Shown here piece by piece: positions 58,646-64,000 of a stretch of DNA of 64,000 nucleotides (positions are counted from its first letter, which is position 1; the number at the start of each line of letters is the position of its first letter). Position numbers and translations under genes: made by a program. Under the pieces are notes generated by a model. The model was not told where the DNA came from, did not search any database, and worked only from the letters and a program-made list of their open reading frames with translations. This DNA is from Prolixibacteraceae bacterium (GTDB lineage Bacteria > Bacteroidota > Bacteroidia > Bacteroidales > Prolixibacteraceae), in assembly GCA_009773765.1 (NCBI GenBank), contig WTWZ01000004.1, forward strand, positions 66,507 to 130,506, in the 5' to 3' direction.

Positions 58646-61396
58646 ATGTTATTATTCCTATTACTCAAAATGAACAGGCAAGTTGGAAAAACGCTGTTTT
58701 TAACAATCGCTTTACAATTTTTCACTCTTTCAATGCTATTTGCACAGGGATTTTTACACCGTAATGGCAGATATATTTACGACGGTTCAGGCAAGGAAGT
58801 GATATTAAGGGGAATTGGCACCGGTAACTGGATGCTTCAGGAAGGCTACATGATGCAGACTTCGGGAGTTGCGAACACACAATATGAATTCAGGGCGAAA
58901 CTGGTCAGTACAATTGGCGAAGCAAAAACCGACAGTTTTTATACTGTTTGGCTCGATTCTCATTTCAGGAGAATTGATGTGGATTCCATGAAATCATGGG
59001 GTTTTAACAATGTGCGCGTTGCCATGCATTACAAATGGTTCACACTGCCCATTGAAAAGGAACCAGTTGCAGGTCAGCAAACATGGCTCGACAAAGGATT
59101 TACGATGATTGATTCACTGCTTGACTGGTGTGGTGACAACCAGATGTACCTGATTCTCGATTTACACGGGGCGCCGGGCGGACAGGGAAAAGATGCAGCG
59201 ATTTCGGATTATGACAAAACAAAACCTTCGCTTTGGGAGAGCCAGGCAAATAAAGATAAAACCATTGCCTTGTGGCGAAAACTTGCTGAAAGGTACAGTG
59301 ATGAACCCTGGATTGGGGGATATGATTTGATTAACGAACCCAACTGGAGTTTCCCGAATGGAAATACTCCGCTGTGGGATTTGCTGAAGCAAATAACCAG
59401 CGCGATACGTGAAGTTGACAAAAACCACCTTATTTTTATCGAAGGGAACGGATTTGCTAACGATTACAATGGATTGCCAGCGATTTGGGATGACAATCTG
59501 GCAATCAGTTTTCATAAATACTGGAATTACAATACTCAGGAATCGATAAACTTTGCTATCAATCTGCGAAATTCGCGAAATGTCCCAATCTGGATGGGCG
59601 AAAGTGGTGAAAATTCCAACAATTGGTTTACCGGATTAATTGAACTGCTCGAAAAAAACCGCATTGGCTGGTCGTGGTGGCCGGTTAAAAAACCAGGTAT
59701 TAATAATCCGCTCAGGGTAACTGTTAACAGCGATTATACAAATCTTGTCAATTTCTGGAAAGGAACAGCGGCCAATCCCGGAGTTGATGCGGCTTTTAAA
59801 GCCGTGCTTCAATTTGCAATCAATCACCGACTCGAAAATTGCTATTACCAAAGAGATGTTGTTGATGCGATGATCAGACAACCCCATTCAACCGAAACCA
59901 TTCCTTTCAAAATATTTAAAACCGGCGAACCAATTTTTGGTGCCGATTACAATCTTGGAAGAACCGGTTTTGCCTATTTCGATAATGATACTGCCAATTT
60001 TCATGGCAGTACAAATGTTTATACCGCCTGGAACCAGGGCTGGGGTTACCGAAACGATGGTGTGGATATTGAAATCTGCAAAGATTCTGATGAAAATAAC
60101 GGATTCAACGTCGGCTGGACCGGGAACAATGAATGGATGGAATACACGGTTGAAGTGGATTCAACAGCAGCTTATACATTAAATGTACGTTCTGCTTCGG
60201 GTTCGGGAGGTTCAAAAATCAGACTCGAAATTAGGGGACAGTCAGTTACTCCGGTTATTCAGTTGCCGGGTACCTCAGGTTGGCAGAGATGGCAAACCAG
60301 CACTTATCAGGGAGTGATACTTGAAAAAGGGATAAATAAAATCAAGCTTATTTTTGATCAGGGAGGTTCAAATTTGAATTATTTCAGTTTTTCAACTCCG
60401 GTGGAAGTTGAAGAACTTGCCTTTAAAAATCTTTATGCCGAAACTTCAAACGATGGGAAAACAGTTTTTTTGACACTAAACAAACCTGTGACTTCTCCCA
60501 ATTCCGAATTAAACATTTCTGAGTTCACGGTAACCATCAACAATAATTCTGTTGAAATCAGTGAAATTACCATTGACGACAAAAGCAGTAAAGTTCTTGT
60601 AATCAAAGTAAATGACCCGTTATTTTATGGTGGGACTATCAAATTATCGTACAACGGAAACAACATTTTCAGCGATGAACAGGCATTGGAAATGTTTTCG
60701 AATTTAACTGTTGCCAATAAACTTCCTGTCCGATATAATCTTCCCGGCAGAATTCAATCCGAAAATTACTACTATAATAATGGTATGGTATCAGAAACCT
60801 GCACCGATACCGGAGGTGGTTTTAACATGGGTTATGCCAATCCGGGCGATTATCTTGATTACCTGGTTTATGTTCCATCGGCAGGGAATTACAAGTTTAA
60901 TTTCCGGGTGGCATCCGAGCGTTCATCAAGCCAGATAATTATTCGTGTTGGAGAAGGGAACTCATTTACCGCAGTTGATACAGTTACCATTACAGGTACA
61001 GGTGGATGGCAAACATGGAAAACGATTTCATCAACCGCATTTCTTCCTGAAGGCAGATACACACTGAGAATTTATGTCAGGTCGGGTGAATTTAATACCA
61101 ACTGGTTTGAGGCGGCAAAAGCGCCAATCACGGGAATAGAAACGGATGCAATAAATGGTTTCCGGATTTATCCGAATCCGGCAAATGATAAAGTTACCAT
61201 CGAAACGGGTGGTTTGCAGGGCGGAGAAAAAATCGTAACCTTTTACAACGCAAACGGACAAATTGTGCAAACCAATAAATATTCTGAGCCAAATCAAACC
61301 GAAATTGATATTTCAAATCTAAGCAAAGGTTTGTACTTTGTGGAAATTAAAGCTGGAAACGGCTTTTTGAAGACTGCAAAACTCGTGGTTTGGTAA
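58646..61396 (+). CDS. Glycoside hydrolase family 5 enzyme with two CBM6-like modules and a T9SS CTD
   Basis: 916 aa with a signal peptide. GH5 blocks are GFNNVRVAMHY, LILDLHGAPGGQG, LINEPNW (acid/base Glu) and WMGESGEN (nucleophile Glu). There are two CBM6-like segments (...NEWMEYTVEVDSTAAYTLNVRSAS...GWQRWQT and GDYLDYLVYVPSAGNYKFNFRVAS...GWQTWKT). The CTD reads FRIYPNPANDKVTI...LKTAKLVVW. Confidence 0.85.
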   Translation: MLLFLLLKMNRQVGKTLFLTIALQFFTLSMLFAQGFLHRNGRYIYDGSGKEVILRGIGTGNWMLQEGYMMQTSGVANTQYEFRAKLVSTIGEAKTDSFYTVWLDSHFRRIDVDSMKSWGFNNVRVAMHYKWFTLPIEKEPVAGQQTWLDKGFTMIDSLLDWCGDNQMYLILDLHGAPGGQGKDAAISDYDKTKPSLWESQANKDKTIALWRKLAERYSDEPWIGGYDLINEPNWSFPNGNTPLWDLLKQITSAIREVDKNHLIFIEGNGFANDYNGLPAIWDDNLAISFHKYWNYNTQESINFAINLRNSRNVPIWMGESGENSNNWFTGLIELLEKNRIGWSWWPVKKPGINNPLRVTVNSDYTNLVNFWKGTAANPGVDAAFKAVLQFAINHRLENCYYQRDVVDAMIRQPHSTETIPFKIFKTGEPIFGADYNLGRTGFAYFDNDTANFHGSTNVYTAWNQGWGYRNDGVDIEICKDSDENNGFNVGWTGNNEWMEYTVEVDSTAAYTLNVRSASGSGGSKIRLEIRGQSVTPVIQLPGTSGWQRWQTSTYQGVILEKGINKIKLIFDQGGSNLNYFSFSTPVEVEELAFKNLYAETSNDGKTVFLTLNKPVTSPNSELNISEFTVTINNNSVEISEITIDDKSSKVLVIKVNDPLFYGGTIKLSYNGNNIFSDEQALEMFSNLTVANKLPVRYNLPGRIQSENYYYNNGMVSETCTDTGGGFNMGYANPGDYLDYLVYVPSAGNYKFNFRVASERSSSQIIIRVGEGNSFTAVDTVTITGTGGWQTWKTISSTAFLPEGRYTLRIYVRSGEFNTNWFEAAKAPITGIETDAINGFRIYPNPANDKVTIETGGLQGGEKIVTFYNANGQIVQTNKYSEPNQTEIDISNLSKGLYFVEIKAGNGFLKTAKLVVW

Positions 61397-61403
61397 ACTT
61401 TCT

Positions 61404-62948
61404 CTATTTTTTGATTTTACTCGCACCCGAAAGTGCATCGATATTTACCTTCGGATCGAAAACTACCGGAACGGCATCTTCCCTTGCCGCATCTCTTATT
61501 TTCTGAGGTGAAACATTTATTTTGCCGGTCATTAATTCGGGGCGATTGAAGTTGTGCAGGTAATTATTGTAGAAATCCGGATCTTTCTGAGGTAAAACAA
61601 AAGGTTTCCCAAATTTCCCGGTCTCGTCAAAATGAGCAATAAAAGTACGCGTATGAACTCCGTCGAGTCGGCGGCTGCTAAAAATCAGCCACCGCCCATT
61701 GGTTGACCACGAATGATAACTTTCTGTTTCGTCGCTGTTGATTTCGTTGGTAGCACGGTATTCCCACGTTTTCAGATCGAGAATATACAAATCGCTTTTT
61801 TTGTGATGAATGGTAAAATAGCCGTAATCGGTCATGCAAAAAACCAGGAACCTGCCATCGGGCGAACATTTTGGAAAAGTGATGCTTTTGCCAGTCAGTT
61901 TGGCCGAAATTATCGTGTCTGGCATACCCCACAGATTTTTTTCAGGATCGTAACCAATTCGCATCAGGCTGTACCTTGTAATCATTCGCGTTGAATCGTT
62001 GGTGGCTTCGCCGGCGCTGATGTAAAAGATGGTTTTTCCGTCGGCCGACCATTCCGGCAGGTTTTCGCGGCTGCGGGTCGATACTTCGGGCGAGGTAGTT
62101 AAAATATTTGATTGTGTATCGTAAACTACCAAATCGGAGTATTTATCGCTCACTTCGTTGCTTTGGCCTTTGAAAACATAAAAATTCTGGTTTATCTTAT
62201 TCACCGAAAATGCTATGTGCCGTCCATTTGGGTTCCACGCACCATAAGACGCCGAAGCAAGGGTAAAATCGGTTTTGGTTTCAATTTTTTCGAGTTTGCC
62301 ATTATTGTATATTACAGTACCCGGAAAGTCAGACCGAATATGAAACATAAATTTTTCAGGGTTATTTTTGCTTAGTGAATGACAGTTGATGCAACCGCCG
62401 TTAACCGATTTATTCTGAATTATCGGGCTTTCCCTGAAATTTTCCAGGTTACGTTGGTAAAGCCCCATTTCGAACCATAAAACGTATGCCGAGTTGATTA
62501 ACCGGTAACTCAGGAAACTGTCTATTTTTTCCCTGGCAATAATTTGCCTGACAGTATTGAACTTTGACCATATTCCTTTATTTTGACAAAAAATTTCAAT
62601 ATTCAATTCTTCGCCCTGATTGGCTGCCAGCAATTTTTTCCATTTTGATCCATTAATTCTTATTGCCGGAATACGTGAAAAAATAGTTACATCATTTCCA
62701 TTTTTCGATGTTAATCTTACCATAAATGCTTCGCCTGGTTCCTGGATAACAAAATTAAGAGGGGCAATATTGGGTGGAATGGTTATCCCGGCATAATCGG
62801 GGAAAATTGCGGGCAACTCAACGCCCTGTTTCCACTCCCTCGGCAGTTTGTCGTTACCGCATGTACCTGTTATCAAACCAACTGTGAACAGAAAGAGGTA
62901 TTTTATTAGAATTTCCAGGTTCATTTGCTTATCAATTTTCAGTTTCAA
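61404..62948 (-). CDS. Lipoprotein with a single CxxCH motif and PD40/TolB-like beta-propeller repeats
   Basis: 514 aa with a signal/lipobox region LFLFTVGLITGTC and a heme-c-type motif GGCINCHS. The PD40-like repeats include WNPNGRHIAFS, WSADGKTIFY, CSPDGRFLVF and WSTNGRWLIFSS. The track start at 62948 is a TTG that overlaps the upstream stop (TTGA). An alternative ATG lies at 62924. Confidence 0.7.
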   Translation of the reverse strand: MKLKIDKQMNLEILIKYLFLFTVGLITGTCGNDKLPREWKQGVELPAIFPDYAGITIPPNIAPLNFVIQEPGEAFMVRLTSKNGNDVTIFSRIPAIRINGSKWKKLLAANQGEELNIEIFCQNKGIWSKFNTVRQIIAREKIDSFLSYRLINSAYVLWFEMGLYQRNLENFRESPIIQNKSVNGGCINCHSLSKNNPEKFMFHIRSDFPGTVIYNNGKLEKIETKTDFTLASASYGAWNPNGRHIAFSVNKINQNFYVFKGQSNEVSDKYSDLVVYDTQSNILTTSPEVSTRSRENLPEWSADGKTIFYISAGEATNDSTRMITRYSLMRIGYDPEKNLWGMPDTIISAKLTGKSITFPKCSPDGRFLVFCMTDYGYFTIHHKKSDLYILDLKTWEYRATNEINSDETESYHSWSTNGRWLIFSSRRLDGVHTRTFIAHFDETGKFGKPFVLPQKDPDFYNNYLHNFNRPELMTGKINVSPQKIRDAAREDAVPVVFDPKVNIDALSGASKIKK

Positions 62949-64000
62949 TAATTTGCCTCCACTGGCCGGGTTCCAAGTTTAACATTGGTAACTTTTGGAC
63001 TCAGAAACAAAACATAATACCAGTAGGTATTTTTAAAAGCCTGGGTTGCCTGTTTTGCCTTATCTCTGTCTCCTTTTGCGGCGCTTGTCAGTTTGGCAAA
63101 TTCATTAAACCTGCTGGTTGTTTGCTGTGAAATCCGAATGCGGTTCAGAAATTCGTTATTTCTTGACTGTGAGCGGAAAAGAATAACAGCTTCTTCCAAA
63201 ACCACCGGCAATTTTTGATATTTCAATTTTTCAATGTATTGAAAATCAACGGTGAGCGATGCCAAATCATGTTCAAGCAAATCTAAGGCAATCAAACATT
63301 CGAATGCCGCTTTGTTTTGAGGGTTTTTTTCGAGCTGGCCAATCAGTTTTACCGGAGGGTCGCCAATCATACCTTCGGTTTTGTTCATATCTGTTCTTTT
63401 CCTGACAATCAGCGAATCAAAATCTGCAAGTTCAGGCCTAATTGTATACTGACGATAATTCTCAACCCACTTTTTCTCTATCGGATTGGAGGCAAGCACA
63501 TTTAAAAAAGTACTGGCTGCTTTGGGGTTATTCATAATTATACAGTTTAAAATGAGCCTTTTCAGCACCCGTGGACTGTTGGCCATTAACGTTTCAGATT
63601 CGAATGCATACCGTTGAGATTCATCGATATTACCCAAATCGAAATAGAAATCGCTGTTTGGCAGGGCAACTTCAGAAGCAAACGGCCTGTCAAGAAATAA
63701 TCCCTGCGAGCCTAGAAGTTGCTCATAATCAAAAAGTTTTTCAAGTAACTGCCCTGTATTCATCAACGCACGGTTAAACTGAAAATTAACCATCCTGTCG
63801 TATGTTTTCAGATTTCCGCTTAATTCAAGCACTTTGTTCCAGTTTTGCCTGTTGGCCTGATAATCAATTTCACATTTTAGTTTTTCTGCAGGTTTGAACT
63901 CCTTGTAAAGAACATATCCGGATACTACAACCAACAGCAATAATTGGATTGCAACAGCAATATCCCAACTGCTGTATTTGGGTTTTAAAGCTTTTTGAGA
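62945..64000 (-). CDS. Membrane-anchored helical-repeat (TPR-like) protein, partial (N-terminus beyond window end)
   Basis: The minus-strand frame stays open upstream of the track's TTG at 63940 all the way to position 64000 (...SQKALKPKYSSWDIAVAIQLLLLVVVSGYVLYKEF, a TM helix). The visible ~350 aa are alpha-helical-looking and probably form the C-terminal part of a larger polytopic protein. Confidence 0.6.
   Translation of the reverse strand, partial: SQKALKPKYSSWDIAVAIQLLLLVVVSGYVLYKEFKPAEKLKCEIDYQANRQNWNKVLELSGNLKTYDRMVNFQFNRALMNTGQLLEKLFDYEQLLGSQGLFLDRPFASEVALPNSDFYFDLGNIDESQRYAFESETLMANSPRVLKRLILNCIIMNNPKAASTFLNVLASNPIEKKWVENYRQYTIRPELADFDSLIVRKRTDMNKTEGMIGDPPVKLIGQLEKNPQNKAAFECLIALDLLEHDLASLTVDFQYIEKLKYQKLPVVLEEAVILFRSQSRNNEFLNRIRISQQTTSRFNEFAKLTSAAKGDRDKAKQATQAFKNTYWYYVLFLSPKVTNVKLGTRPVEANY

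Overview
This is a chromosomal segment from a Bacteroidota genome. The phylum call rests on a SusC/SusD pair, four T9SS C-terminal sorting domains, a dcw cluster in the Bacteroidota order without murF or ddl, and an OlsB-like/PlsC-like glycine-lipid acyltransferase pair. From 1 to 15.0 kb the minus strand carries a complete, tightly packed dcw cluster: mraZ-rsmH-ftsL-ftsI-murE-mraY-murD-ftsW-murG-murC-ftsQ-ftsA-ftsZ, with ftsZ running off the window edge. From 15 to 44.5 kb the content is mostly housekeeping. It includes the lipid acyltransferases, a Nudix-type regulator, purF, phoA-type phosphatase, a BASS transporter, a DEAD-box helicase, dprA, aroB/aroA, tadA, aspS, an ExbB/ExbD cluster, tRNA-Ser(GGA), ansA, tatD, gdhA, groES/groEL, secG, lptE, a sigma-54 activator and kdsB. 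From 44.5 to 61.4 kb lies the accessory part. It opens with a visibly AT-rich junction holding a cargo-less T9SS mini-protein, a small 3-TM protein and a TetR regulator. A SusC/SusD locus follows, whose downstream genes are (i) a T9SS protein built of five tandem repeats of an unassigned module with invariant DWIGIY and vicinal Cys-Cys motifs, (ii) a purple-acid-type metallophosphoesterase carrying two more copies of that module, (iii) a YncE-propeller/PLC-type phosphoesterase interrupted by an in-frame TGA, and (iv) a GH5 enzyme with two CBM6-like domains. From 61.4 to 64 kb there is a CxxCH-bearing PD40-propeller lipoprotein whose start overlaps by 4 nt the stop of a partially visible membrane/TPR-like protein. 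I saw no CRISPR array, IS element, integrase or rRNA. The most interesting candidate is the phosphoesterase-rich, TetR-flanked SusCD locus with its repeated DWIGIY/CC module. All function calls come from motif recognition in the supplied translations, and no database search was possible.
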